Below are positions 10,487-19,774 of a DNA stretch of 64,000 nt, piece after piece. Positions within the stretch are counted from its first letter, which is position 1. Every line of letters starts with the position of its first letter. Source of the DNA: Atopobium sp. (GTDB taxonomy: Bacteria > Actinomycetota > Coriobacteriia > Coriobacteriales > Atopobiaceae). The notes under the pieces were generated by a model. The model ran no database searches. It worked only from the letters and a program-made list of their open reading frames with translations, and had not been told where the DNA came from. The DNA is taken from contig JABZGZ010000001.1 of the NCBI GenBank assembly GCA_015259105.1, positions 20,670-84,669 of the forward strand. Reading direction: 5' to 3'. Position numbers and translations under genes: made by a program.

Positions 10487-10544
10487 TGCGCTTAAATTAA
10501 GCGCATTCCTGTTGGCATCTTCGATGCCGGGTGACATAGTCACC
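10487..10544 (+). promoter_or_regulatory. Three consecutive perfect palindromes in the rplE-rpsN spacer
   Basis: The palindromes are tgcgcttaa-a-ttaagcgca (10487-10505), ggcatc-ttc-gatgcc (10514-10528) and ggtgac-ata-gtcacc (10530-10544). Their function is unknown; they could be an RNA leader structure or operator sites. Confidence 0.4.
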
Positions 10545-10602
10545 AGCACTATTGTTTGAAGTCATCTTGGCGTTCGCCAAGTTGCATTTTGAAGGAGGAT
10601 TT

Positions 10603-10788
10603 GTGGCTAAGACTTCGATGATCGTCAAAGCCTCGCGTGAGCCGAAGTACTCTACGCGCACACAGAACCGTTGCCAGCGTTGTGGACGTCCCCACTCCGT
10701 TTACCGCAAGTTTGGTCTGTGCCGTGTGTGCTTCCGTGAGCTAGCGAGCAAGGGCGAGCTTCCTGGTGTCCGCAAGGCAAGCTGGTAG
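10603..10788 (+). CDS. rpsN: 30S ribosomal protein S14 type Z (zinc-binding)
   Basis: 61-aa ORF with GTG start after GAAGGAGGA. Translation [15 protein letters not shown]...[24 protein letters not shown] carries the C-X2-C...C-X2-C zinc ribbon. Confidence 0.9.
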   Translation: MAKTSMIVKASREPKYSTRTQNRCQRCGRPHSVYRKFGLCRVCFRELASKGELPGVRKASW

Positions 10789-10877
10789 GACTCAGAGCTC
10801 TGGCGTCAAGGCATCTGCGCCACGGGTGTAGATGAACCAGACACGCAGTTTCATCATTAACGAAGGAGAAGGATCAA

Positions 10878-11276
10878 ATGAAAATTACCGATCCCATTTC
10901 AGACATGCTGACGCGTATTCGTAACGCAAACTCAGCTGGCAAGGATTCCGTATCCATGCCATCGAGCAAGGTGCTCGTTGAGATTGCTCGCGTCATCACC
11001 GAAGAGGGCTATGTCGAGGGTTACACCGTTGAGGACACCAAGCCTCAGAAGACTCTTCACATCACCCTTAAGTATGGTAAGAAGCGCGCTAAGGTTATCC
11101 GCGGCATTCGTCGCATTTCCAAGCCTGGTCTGCGCATTTACTCCACCGCTGAGAAGCTTCCACGCGTTCTTGGTGGTCTTGGTACCGCAGTGGTTTCCAC
11201 TTCTAAGGGCATGATGTGCGACCGCGACGCTCGTAAGAACGGCGTTGGCGGCGAGGTCATCGCTTACGTTTGGTAA
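10878..11276 (+). CDS. rpsH: 30S ribosomal protein S8
   Basis: Begins [17 protein letters not shown]. Confidence 0.95.
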   Translation: MKITDPISDMLTRIRNANSAGKDSVSMPSSKVLVEIARVITEEGYVEGYTVEDTKPQKTLHITLKYGKKRAKVIRGIRRISKPGLRIYSTAEKLPRVLGGLGTAVVSTSKGMMCDRDARKNGVGGEVIAYVW

Positions 11277-11303
11277 ATCTGACAGGAATGAAAGGAGACA
11301 GCC

Positions 11304-11840
11304 GTGTCTCGTATTGGTAAGAAGCCTGTCCAGATTCCTGCTGGAGTCACTGTGACAGTTGATAACACCACCGTTACCGTTAAGGGTTCTAAGGGCGAGC
11401 TGACTCGTACTTTCTCTGAGCTGGTTGCTATCGCTCAGGAGGGCGAGGAGATTCTTGTTACTCGCGTTGACGAGTCCACTGAGTCCAATGCTCAGCAGGG
11501 TCTTGTCCGTACCCTTATCCACAACATGGTTGTTGGTGTCTCTGAGGGCTTCGAGAAGAAGCTTGAGCTCACCGGCGTTGGTTACCGTGTAGCACTTAAG
11601 GGCAAGGATCTTGACCTTTCCCTTGGTTATTCTCACCCAGTTCTCTATGTTGCACCTGAGGGCATTAGCTTTGAGGTACCTGATAACACTCACCTTACCG
11701 TTAAGGGTATTTCTAAGGAGAAGGTCGGCCAGGTTGCAGCTGAGATTCGTATGAAGCGTCCACCAGAGCCTTACAAGGGCAAGGGCATTCACTACGAAGG
11801 TGAGCACATCCGCAGGAAGCTCGGTAAGGCTGCTAAGTAA
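11304..11840 (+). CDS. rplF: 50S ribosomal protein L6
   Basis: GTG start; begins SRIGKKPVQIPAGV. Confidence 0.93.
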   Translation: MSRIGKKPVQIPAGVTVTVDNTTVTVKGSKGELTRTFSELVAIAQEGEEILVTRVDESTESNAQQGLVRTLIHNMVVGVSEGFEKKLELTGVGYRVALKGKDLDLSLGYSHPVLYVAPEGISFEVPDNTHLTVKGISKEKVGQVAAEIRMKRPPEPYKGKGIHYEGEHIRRKLGKAAK

Positions 11841-11908
11841 AGCAACCCTACTTTTAGGCTAAAAGACCATCACCCCGTTAGGTGATGGCATGTCTCTAAG
11901 GAGAAGGA

Positions 11909-12277
11909 ATGAACAAGCAGCAGGCGAAAAAGGCGGGTCTTGAACGCCGCAAGCGCCGCGTACGTGCCAAGGTCTTTGGTACACCTGAGCGTCCGCGTCT
12001 TGCAGTTCACCGCACAAACGCAAACATTTATGCACAGCTTATTGACGACGCTTCTGGAAGAACTCTCTGCTCTGCCTCTACGCTTGACCCAGAGTTCCGT
12101 TCTACTGGCAAGGTTGGCTCCAACAAGGAGGCAGCTGAGTTCGTAGGTGAGCTTATCGGTAAGCGCGCTGCCGAGAAGAACGTCACTGAGGTCACTTTTG
12201 ACCGTGGTGGCCGTCTCTATCACGGCCGCGTCAAGGCTTTGGCAGATGGCGCCCGCAACGCGGGCCTGAAGTTCTAG
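11909..12277 (+). CDS. rplR: 50S ribosomal protein L18
   Basis: 122-aa ORF between rplF and rpsE with L18 sequence. Confidence 0.93.
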   Translation: MNKQQAKKAGLERRKRRVRAKVFGTPERPRLAVHRTNANIYAQLIDDASGRTLCSASTLDPEFRSTGKVGSNKEAAEFVGELIGKRAAEKNVTEVTFDRGGRLYHGRVKALADGARNAGLKF

Positions 12278-12286
12278 GAGGATTCA

Positions 12287-12808
12287 ATGGCACGTGATCG
12301 TAAGCGCCAGCAGGATACGGATCTTCAGGAGCGCGTCGTTTATATTCACCGCGTTTCCAAGACCGTTAAGGGTGGCCGCCGTATGTCACTCGTTGCTCTG
12401 GTAGTCGTTGGCGACGGTAAGGGTAACGTTGGTATTGGCCAGGGTCGTTCCGCTGAGGTACCTCTGGCAATTCAGAAGGGCGTCGAGGACGCAAAGAGGA
12501 ACATGTTCAAGGTCCCACTGACCGAGACTGGTTCCGTACCACACGCAGTCACTGGTCACTACGGTGCAGGCTCTGTTCTTATTAAGCCTGCATTCGAGGG
12601 TACTGGTGTTATTGCTGGCGGTCCTATTCGTCCACTCTTTGAGCTTGCAGGTATCACCAATGTACTTTCTAAGTCCCTTGGTACCGACAACGCTCTGAAC
12701 ATGATTAAGGCAGCAGCTGAGGGTCTGAAGGAGCTTTCCAGCCCAGAAGAAGCAGCTGAGCGTCGTGGCCTAACCGTCGGCGATATGTTCGTCGGAAAGG
12801 AGAACTAA
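12287..12808 (+). CDS. rpsE: 30S ribosomal protein S5
   Basis: Contains [19 protein letters not shown] and an S5 dsRBD. Confidence 0.95.
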   Translation: MARDRKRQQDTDLQERVVYIHRVSKTVKGGRRMSLVALVVVGDGKGNVGIGQGRSAEVPLAIQKGVEDAKRNMFKVPLTETGSVPHAVTGHYGAGSVLIKPAFEGTGVIAGGPIRPLFELAGITNVLSKSLGTDNALNMIKAAAEGLKELSSPEEAAERRGLTVGDMFVGKEN

Positions 12809-12810
12809 CG

Positions 12811-12996
12811 ATGGCTAAGAACCTTAGCATCAAGCTTGTCCGTGGCGCCGTTGCAGGCGTCAAGAAGGACCAGACTGCTACGGTGAAGGCCCTCGGCCTC
12901 CACAAGATCGGCGATACCGTCGAGCAGCCTGACAACCCAAGCATTCGTGGAATGATCTTCAAGGTTAAGCACCTTGTCGAGGTTGAAGAGAACTAG
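12811..12996 (+). CDS. rpmD: 50S ribosomal protein L30
   Basis: 61-aa ORF beginning [12 protein letters not shown]. Confidence 0.9.
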   Translation: MAKNLSIKLVRGAVAGVKKDQTATVKALGLHKIGDTVEQPDNPSIRGMIFKVKHLVEVEEN

Positions 12997-13007
12997 AGGT
13001 AGTAATA

Positions 13008-13454
13008 ATGCAGCTCAATGATCTTCGCCCCGCAGTGGGTTCGCGCAAAAATCGTAAGCGCGTAGGTCGCGGTAATTCTTCAGGCAATGGTACTTTTGCC
13101 GGCCGCGGTATGAATGGTCAGCTCTCCCGCTCTGGTGGCGGCAAGGGTGCTGGCTTCGAGGGTGGACAGCAGCCACTGGCTATGCGTCTTCCTAAGCTTC
13201 CTGGTTTCACTAACCACAACCGTGTTGAGTACGCTCCAGTCAACGTTGCTCGTCTGAACGCTCTCTTTGCAGATGGCGAGACCGTAGACGCAGAGGCTCT
13301 GGTTGCTAAGGGAGTTATTAAGTACAACTTCATCCCAGTCAAGGTTCTGGGTGATGGCGAGCTTTCTAAGAAGCTCACTGTTAAGGTCGACAAGGTTTCC
13401 GCCTCCGCAAAGGCTAAGATCGAGGCGGCCGGTGGAAAGGTTGAGGCCGAGTAG
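13008..13454 (+). CDS. rplO: 50S ribosomal protein L15
   Basis: Begins [22 protein letters not shown]. Confidence 0.93.
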   Translation: MQLNDLRPAVGSRKNRKRVGRGNSSGNGTFAGRGMNGQLSRSGGGKGAGFEGGQQPLAMRLPKLPGFTNHNRVEYAPVNVARLNALFADGETVDAEALVAKGVIKYNFIPVKVLGDGELSKKLTVKVDKVSASAKAKIEAAGGKVEAE

Positions 13455-14734
13455 TGAGTAAAGGAATCGCCAACGCATTTCGTGTTCCGGAACTAAGGGG
13501 AAAGATTCTCCTTACGGTATTGATTCTTCTTCTGTACCGTTTTGGTGCGTATCTTCCTGTGCCCGGTGCTCCATTCCAGCAGATGCTTTCTGTTTATCAG
13601 AATGGTCTTGCTAAGAATGGCGCAATGGCCGTGCTTAACCTATTTTCGGGTGGCGCTCTTTCTCGCATGTCTGTTTTCAGTCTGGGCATCATGCCTTACA
13701 TTACGGCTCAGATCATCTTCCAGATGATGCAGTCCGTTATTCCATCTCTTGGCGAGCTTGCTAAAGATGGTGAGAGCGGCCAGCGTAAGATTACGCAGTA
13801 CACGCGTTATCTTACGGTTGGCTTAGCTCTGCTCAATGCAGTTGGTTACCTGTTCTTGTTTAAGAGCTATGGTGTATCTTTTGCATCTATGGAGGGCGTG
13901 CCTGAGGCACTTGAAAACTTCCTGGTAGTCTTTACCATGCTAGTTGGTGCCATCATTATTATGTGGCTCGGTGAGGTTATTACCCAGCAGGGTGTTGGCA
14001 ACGGAATGAGTCTTATCATCTTTGCAAACATCATGGCTGGACTTCCAACAGCCCTTATTTCTTCAGTAGCTACTCGTGGAAACATTATTCTTACTGTTGT
14101 TACTGTTGTGGTTATGCTCGCTATTATTCCGCTCATTGTTTACATTGAGCGTGGTCAGCGTCGTATTCCTATCAACTATGCCAAGCGCGTTGTTGGTCGT
14201 CGTATGATGGGCGGTCAGTCAACTTACCTTCCAATTAAGGTAAACACTGCAGGCGTTGTGCCAATCATCTTTGCATCTGCAATCCTGTACCTTCCTGCTC
14301 AGGTTGCTGTGTTCTTCCCAGGAGTAGAGTGGATTCAAAATCTTGCTACTTCACTTTCTTCTGGATGGGTTAACTGGGTTCTCTCAGTTATGTTCATTGT
14401 CTTCTTTGCATACTTCTACACCTCAATGGTGTTCAATCCAGAGGAGACAGCAGACCAGCTTAAGAAGCAGGGTGGCTTTATTCCTGGTGTTCGTCCAGGT
14501 ACTGCTACTTCGACGTATATCAAGACTGTTATTGACAGAGTCACCCTCCCCGGTGCTATCTTTATGGCAGTTCTTGCAATCGTTCCAACCATTATTTTCT
14601 GGTTCACAGGCGATTCGTTGATACAGGCGTTTGGTGGAACTTCCGTCCTCATCATGGTCGGTGTTGCAATGGATACACTCTCTTCCATTGAGTCCCACCT
14701 TAAGATGCACAACTATGAGGGCTTCTTTAAGTAG
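13454..14734 (+). CDS. secY: Preprotein translocase subunit SecY
   Basis: 426-aa polytopic membrane protein. GTG start overlaps the rplO stop; sits in the canonical position after rplO. Confidence 0.95.
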   Translation: MSKGIANAFRVPELRGKILLTVLILLLYRFGAYLPVPGAPFQQMLSVYQNGLAKNGAMAVLNLFSGGALSRMSVFSLGIMPYITAQIIFQMMQSVIPSLGELAKDGESGQRKITQYTRYLTVGLALLNAVGYLFLFKSYGVSFASMEGVPEALENFLVVFTMLVGAIIIMWLGEVITQQGVGNGMSLIIFANIMAGLPTALISSVATRGNIILTVVTVVVMLAIIPLIVYIERGQRRIPINYAKRVVGRRMMGGQSTYLPIKVNTAGVVPIIFASAILYLPAQVAVFFPGVEWIQNLATSLSSGWVNWVLSVMFIVFFAYFYTSMVFNPEETADQLKKQGGFIPGVRPGTATSTYIKTVIDRVTLPGAIFMAVLAIVPTIIFWFTGDSLIQAFGGTSVLIMVGVAMDTLSSIESHLKMHNYEGFFK

Positions 14735-14751
14735 TTCTTAATACGTAGCAT

Positions 14752-14785
14752 AAAGGGGCCTGGAAACAGGCCCCTTTTATTATTT
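14752..14785 (+). terminator. Rho-independent terminator after secY
   Basis: Stem AAAGGGGCC / GGCCCCTTT followed by a T-rich run. Confidence 0.6.
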
Positions 14786-14801
14786 GAAAGGAAGGCGAAG
14801 C

Positions 14802-15428
14802 ATGAACATTGTTCTTCTCGGCGCACCTGGCGCTGGCAAGGGTACACAGGCTCAGAAGCTCGTTGCAGAGTATGGACTTGCTCACATCTCAACCGGTGAC
14901 CTTCTTCGTGCTGCTGTTAAAGCTCAGTCTGAGCTTGGCGTTAAGGCTAAAGAGTATATGGATGCTGGTCAGCTTGTTCCAGATCAGCTTGTAATTGACC
15001 TGGTAAAAGAGCGCCTTTCTGCAGACGATGCAAAGGCTGGTTTTATTCTTGATGGTTTCCCACGCAACACCGCTCAGGCAGTAACCCTTGATTCTGAGCT
15101 TCAGAATATGGGCCTCAAGCTTGATGCAGCTCTGCTTGTTGCTGTTGAGCCAGAGGTTATTGTTGAGCGTCTTTCTTCTCGCCGTACGTGCAAAGAGTGT
15201 GGTTATACTGCACCTGCTGGTACAGAGACTTGCCCAAATTGCTCTGGTGAGATGTATCAGCGTGATGACGATAAGCCAGAGACTATTCGTAAGCGTCTTG
15301 ATGTATACGAGAACCAGACTTCTCCTTTGATCGAGTACTACAAGGGTCATGGAATTCTGAAGGAGGTCAACGGAGATCGTCCTGTTGACGAGGTATTCGC
15401 CGACGTTAAGACACTCCTCGCACTATGA
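14802..15428 (+). CDS. adk: Adenylate kinase
   Basis: Begins MNIVLLGAPGAGKGTQ (P-loop) and has a zinc lid (CKECGY...CPNC). Confidence 0.95.
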   Translation: MNIVLLGAPGAGKGTQAQKLVAEYGLAHISTGDLLRAAVKAQSELGVKAKEYMDAGQLVPDQLVIDLVKERLSADDAKAGFILDGFPRNTAQAVTLDSELQNMGLKLDAALLVAVEPEVIVERLSSRRTCKECGYTAPAGTETCPNCSGEMYQRDDDKPETIRKRLDVYENQTSPLIEYYKGHGILKEVNGDRPVDEVFADVKTLLAL

Positions 15429-16213
15429 TTACCATAAAAACACCTGAACAAATCGAGGCAATGAAGGTGTCGGGCGCCCTTTCTAAGGCAGTTCTTCGTC
15501 GTGCTGGATCCATGATTAGACCTGGTGTTTCAACGCTCGAGATTGACCGCGCTGTTGAAGCTTTTATTAGACTTCATGGCGGAACCCCTACCTTTAAGGG
15601 CTACGGTGGATTCCCTGGATCTGTTTGCTCTTCCATTAACGAGCAGATTGTTCACGGTATTCCATCAGCTAACGTCATTTTGCAAGATGGCGATATTCTG
15701 ACTATTGATACAGGCGCTACCGTTAACGGTTGGGCAGGAGATAACGCTTGGACGTTCTACTGCGGAACAGTTGACGAGAAAACCCAGGCACTTTGTGAGG
15801 TTACCCGCGATTGCCTTAAGGCAGGTATTGCAGCTGCTGTTCCTGGAGCTCGCCTTGGCGACGTTGGACATGCAGTTCAGAAGCTTGCTGAGGATAATGG
15901 CTATGGCGTTATTCGTGATTTTGTTGGTCATGGTATTGGCCGCGATCTTCACGAGGACCCCGAGGTCAGAAACTACGGTCGTGCAGGCAACGGCATTGTT
16001 CTTCGTGAGGGAATGGTAATTGCAATTGAGCCTATGATTGCTATGGGTACCTACGATTGCACCGTTCTTGAAAATGGTTGGACCGTTGTTACCGATGATG
16101 GCCTGCCATCAGCACATTATGAGAACACGGTTGCTATTACTGCCGATGGTCCCGTTATCGTTTCAGAAGATGAAGTTGGTCCATGGTGCGAGATGCAAGG
16201 CGGTCTTGAGTAA
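15425..16213 (+). CDS. map: Methionine aminopeptidase type I
   Basis: 262-aa ORF with the pita-bread fold metal ligands (D..D..H..E..E). Start overlaps the adk stop (ATGA). Confidence 0.93.
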   Translation: MITIKTPEQIEAMKVSGALSKAVLRRAGSMIRPGVSTLEIDRAVEAFIRLHGGTPTFKGYGGFPGSVCSSINEQIVHGIPSANVILQDGDILTIDTGATVNGWAGDNAWTFYCGTVDEKTQALCEVTRDCLKAGIAAAVPGARLGDVGHAVQKLAEDNGYGVIRDFVGHGIGRDLHEDPEVRNYGRAGNGIVLREGMVIAIEPMIAMGTYDCTVLENGWTVVTDDGLPSAHYENTVAITADGPVIVSEDEVGPWCEMQGGLE

Positions 16214-16326
16214 CACATACATTGTTCTTCTCGCTATCTAATTGTGTTGAAAAAATAAGTGATAGACGAGTGGCACATTTTTATGTATTATTGATAACCG
16301 CTGTCGATGTGTCGAGAGGATGAAAG

Positions 16327-16545
16327 TTGGCTAAACAAGACGCGATTGAGCTTGAAGGCAAGGTACTAGAACCCCTGCCAAACGCTATGTTTAACGTTGA
16401 GTTAGAGAACGGCAAGACCATCCTTTGCACCATCTCAGGTAAGATTCGAATGAATTACATTCGAATTCTCCCTGGTGACAAGGTTGTAGTAGAGATTTCT
16501 CCTTACGATCTTACCAGGGGTCGCATTACCTACCGTTATAAGTAA
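16327..16545 (+). CDS. infA: Translation initiation factor IF-1
   Basis: TTG start; translation [12 protein letters not shown]...ILPGDKV is an S1-like IF-1. Confidence 0.92.
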   Translation: MAKQDAIELEGKVLEPLPNAMFNVELENGKTILCTISGKIRMNYIRILPGDKVVVEISPYDLTRGRITYRYK

Positions 16546-16691
16546 GTAGTGCAAAAGCCTTGTGTCATGCATGAGGCTATCTGTGTCTTTGCGCACGTTG
16601 CAAGGGCATATGTACGTAAGTACAGTCGGTATTTCACGCCAGCGGCTGGGCGAGTATATAGTTCGTATCAGCAGAACCGAAAGGAAGACAC

Positions 16692-16805
16692 ATGAAGGTA
16701 CGTCCTTCGGTAAAGAAGATGTGCGACAAGTGCAAAGTCATCCGTCGCCACGGTAAGGTTTACGTGATTTGCGAGAACCCGCGCCACAAGCAGCGTCAGG
16801 GCTAA
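16692..16805 (+). CDS. rpmJ: 50S ribosomal protein L36
   Basis: Found by hand because it is below the 60-aa ORF cutoff. Translation [37 protein letters not shown] is 37 aa with a zinc ribbon. Confidence 0.9.
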   Translation: MKVRPSVKKMCDKCKVIRRHGKVYVICENPRHKQRQG

Positions 16806-16820
16806 GGAAGGAGCACCAAG

Positions 16821-17189
16821 TTGGCCCGTATTAACGGCGTCGACCTGCCACGCGATAAGCGTGTTGAGGTCGGACTCACCTATCTTTACGGCATTGGTCA
16901 GACTCGTGCAACCAAGATTTGCAACGAGACTGGTATCGATGTAAATACTCGCGTCAAGGACCTCACAGAGGAAGAAGTCACTAAGATTCGTGACTTTATT
17001 GACGCTCATTACACCACCGAGGGCGATCTTCGCCGCGAGGTGCGTCAAAATGTTGCCCGCCTGATGGAGATTGGCTGCTACCGCGGCCTCCGTCACCGCA
17101 AGGGCCTCCCTGTCCACGGTCAGCGTACCCACACTAACGCTCGTACTCGTAAGGGTAAGAAGCGTCAGGTGGGCGGCAAGAAGAAGTAG
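16821..17189 (+). CDS. rpsM: 30S ribosomal protein S13
   Basis: TTG start; begins [14 protein letters not shown]. Confidence 0.95.
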   Translation: MARINGVDLPRDKRVEVGLTYLYGIGQTRATKICNETGIDVNTRVKDLTEEEVTKIRDFIDAHYTTEGDLRREVRQNVARLMEIGCYRGLRHRKGLPVHGQRTHTNARTRKGKKRQVGGKKK

Positions 17190-17203
17190 GCGAGGAGTAG
17201 CTA

Positions 17204-17605
17204 ATGGCACAGAAAAAGAACGCTCGCACTACACGCGTCCGCCGCTCCGAGCGTAAAAACATTGCAGTGGGCCAGGCCCACATCAAGAGCACATTCAATA
17301 ACACGATTGTCTCTATTTCCGATCCCCAGGGTAATGTAATTTCCTGGCAGTCCGGTGGTACCGTCGGCTTCAAGGGCTCTCGTAAGTCCACTCCTTTTGC
17401 TGCACAGCTTGCAGCAGAGGCAGCAGCAAAGGCAGCAATGGAGCACGGTCTCCACAAGGTAGCTGTTTTTGTTAAGGGCCCAGGCTCTGGTCGCGAGACC
17501 GCAATCCGTTCCCTTCAGGCAGCAGGCCTTGAGGTTTCGGGTATTCAGGATAAGACACCTATTGCACACAACGGCTGCCGTCCTAAAAAGCGCCGTCGCA
17601 ACTAG
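17204..17605 (+). CDS. rpsK: 30S ribosomal protein S11
   Basis: 133-aa ORF with S11 sequence ([14 protein letters not shown]). Confidence 0.95.
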   Translation: MAQKKNARTTRVRRSERKNIAVGQAHIKSTFNNTIVSISDPQGNVISWQSGGTVGFKGSRKSTPFAAQLAAEAAAKAAMEHGLHKVAVFVKGPGSGRETAIRSLQAAGLEVSGIQDKTPIAHNGCRPKKRRRN

Positions 17606-17622
17606 CACGAAAGGACAAGCAA

Positions 17623-18216
17623 ATGGCAATTGATAGGACCCCGGTCCTTAAAAGATGTCGTCAGCTTGGCATCGATCCCGTTGTGATGGGGATCAATAAG
17701 ACTTCTAACCGTGAGCCACGTCGCCGTCGTCGCCAGGAGAGCGAGTACGGTATGCAGCTCCGTGAGAAGCAGAAGGCTAAGTTCATTTACGGCGTCCTTG
17801 AGAACCAGTTCCACGGTTACTATGAGATGGCTAAGAAGAACCCAGGCATTACTGGTGACAACCTGATGAGCATCCTTGAGACTCGTCTTGACAACGTCAT
17901 CTTCCGCCTTGGCTTTGCTCGTACACGTAAAGAGGCTCGTCAGACTGTCCGTCACGGTCACATCACCGTTAACGGTCAGCGCGTTGACATTCCTTCTTAT
18001 CGCGTAAAGAGCGGCGATGTTATCGCTGTTGCTTCCAAGGCAAAGGATCTTCTTCCAATCAAGGAAGCTCTCATTTCCTCCGAGCACATGGCAGTTCCTG
18101 CATGGCTTGAGGTTGACATTGAGAAGCTGCAGGGCACTGTTCTTCAGCTTCCAACCCGCGATCAGATCGACCTTGAGATTGACGCACAGCTGATCGTCGA
18201 GCTCTACTCCAAGTAA
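17623..18216 (+). CDS. rpsD: 30S ribosomal protein S4
   Basis: 197-aa ORF with N-terminal RCRQLG and an S4 RNA-binding domain. Confidence 0.93.
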   Translation: MAIDRTPVLKRCRQLGIDPVVMGINKTSNREPRRRRRQESEYGMQLREKQKAKFIYGVLENQFHGYYEMAKKNPGITGDNLMSILETRLDNVIFRLGFARTRKEARQTVRHGHITVNGQRVDIPSYRVKSGDVIAVASKAKDLLPIKEALISSEHMAVPAWLEVDIEKLQGTVLQLPTRDQIDLEIDAQLIVELYSK

Positions 18217-18240
18217 GCCCGACCCGTTTTGGAGGTAGCA

Positions 18241-19182
18241 ATGTCCGAATTTATCCGACCAAACGTGTCGGTAGATGAAATCGGCGCAAACGTCGCTCGT
18301 GTGAGCGTAGAGCCGCTTGAGCGTGGCTATGGTGACACGCTTGGCAACTCCCTCCGCCGCGTACTGCTTTCCTCTCTTGAGGGAGCTGCGGTTGAGGCCA
18401 TCCAGATTGATGGCGTTCAGCATGAGTTCACTACGGTTGAAGGCGTCTATGAGGACGTTACTGACATCGTTCTGAACGTTAAGGGCCTAGTTTTCCGCAA
18501 CACCAACAACTCTGATGAGGCTGAGGCTTCCATCTCTGTTGATGGTCCTTGCAAAGTTACTGGTGCTGATCTTGATGTTCCTATGGGCTACGAGCTGGTT
18601 AACCCAGCTCAGCACATTTGCACCCTTGCTGAGGGAGCTCATCTTTCCATGAGGCTTCGCCTTGGTAATGGTCGCGGTTATGTTTCCGGTGAGGATAACG
18701 AGCGTGAGAGCGATCCAATTGGATTCATTCACGTTGACTCGATCTTCTCGCCAGTTCGCCGCTGCGCTAAGGCTGTTGAGCCTTGCCGTGTTGGCCGTCA
18801 CACCGACTATGATCGTCTGGTGCTTGAGGTTGAGACCAATGGTGCAATCAGCCCTCGCGAGGCTGTCGTTGAGGCTGCAAACATCATTAACCAGCACATG
18901 AGCGCATTCATGGGACTTACTGATTTTGACGAGACTCAGGAAGAGGCTTCGATTTTTGCTAAGGCAGACGTCGAGGACGATTCCGAGCTTGAGAAGCAGG
19001 TTGAGGATTTGGACCTTTCCGTCCGTTCTTACAACTGCCTCAAGCGTGCAGGAATTCACTCTGTCCGTCAGCTCGTTGATTTCTCTGAGAACGATCTTCT
19101 CAACATCAGAAACTTTGGTGTTAAGTCTATTGAAGAAGTCAAGGAAAAGCTCGAGAGCATGGGCCTGTCCCTTAAGGCTTAG
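18241..19182 (+). CDS. rpoA: DNA-directed RNA polymerase subunit alpha
   Basis: Begins MSEFIRPNV after GGAGGTAGCA; N-terminal domain plus C-terminal domain. Confidence 0.95.
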   Translation: MSEFIRPNVSVDEIGANVARVSVEPLERGYGDTLGNSLRRVLLSSLEGAAVEAIQIDGVQHEFTTVEGVYEDVTDIVLNVKGLVFRNTNNSDEAEASISVDGPCKVTGADLDVPMGYELVNPAQHICTLAEGAHLSMRLRLGNGRGYVSGEDNERESDPIGFIHVDSIFSPVRRCAKAVEPCRVGRHTDYDRLVLEVETNGAISPREAVVEAANIINQHMSAFMGLTDFDETQEEASIFAKADVEDDSELEKQVEDLDLSVRSYNCLKRAGIHSVRQLVDFSENDLLNIRNFGVKSIEEVKEKLESMGLSLKA

Positions 19183-19215
19183 TCGCGCCTTGTCACGCAT
19201 AGGAGAATGTAAATT

Positions 19216-19701
19216 ATGAGGCACAATAAGAAGAGGGGCATGAAGCTTGGTACTGATGCTAGCCACACCAAGGCCATCAAGAAGAGCCTGATCCAAGCCC
19301 TTTTCACTAACGATCGTATTAAGACTCTTGACGTCCGCGCTAAGGCAGTTCGCGGCGAGGTCGACAAGGTCATCACTTGGGCAAAGCGCGGCGACCTTCA
19401 CGCTCGTCGTCTTGCTATGGCCAAGGTTGGTAACGCAGAGCTTGTCCGTGAGGTATTTGACAAGGCTGCTCAGGGTATGTGGGCTGACCGCAACGGCGGC
19501 TACACCCGTATCATGAAGCTTGGTCCTCGTAAGGGCGATGCTTCTGAGGTTGTTATCCTTGAGCTTGTTACCGAGCCAGTTCAGCCAAAGGCTTCTAACA
19601 AGAAGGCTAAGGCTACCAAGGTTGCTCCTGCTCCTGTAAAGGAAGAGGAGACCGAGGCTCCAGCAGAGGAGACCGAGCAGACCGAAGAGGCTGCAGAGTA
19701 A
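19216..19701 (+). CDS. rplQ: 50S ribosomal protein L17 with an acidic, low-complexity C-terminal tail
   Basis: 161-aa ORF beginning MRHNKKRGMKLG. Ends in a K/A/E-rich tail. Confidence 0.93.
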   Translation: MRHNKKRGMKLGTDASHTKAIKKSLIQALFTNDRIKTLDVRAKAVRGEVDKVITWAKRGDLHARRLAMAKVGNAELVREVFDKAAQGMWADRNGGYTRIMKLGPRKGDASEVVILELVTEPVQPKASNKKAKATKVAPAPVKEEETEAPAEETEQTEEAAE

Positions 19702-19720
19702 CTTCTGTCAAAGTGAATCT

Positions 19721-19756
19721 AAAGAGGTCCTGGCTTTTTGCTGGGACCTCTTTTTC
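19721..19756 (+). terminator. Rho-independent terminator after rplQ
   Basis: Stem AAAGAGGTCC / GGACCTCTTT followed by TT. Confidence 0.6.
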
Positions 19757-19774
19757 AAATGAAGGAGGGTTGTC

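Noticed and set aside
10932-11807. 291-aa minus-strand ORF over rpsH and rplF
   Set aside because: It is antisense to conserved ribosomal genes and is an artefact of GC-rich codon bias.
17602-19401. Minus-strand ORFs of 273 and 304 aa over rpsD and rpoA
   Set aside because: They are antisense shadow ORFs inside bona fide rpsD and rpoA.
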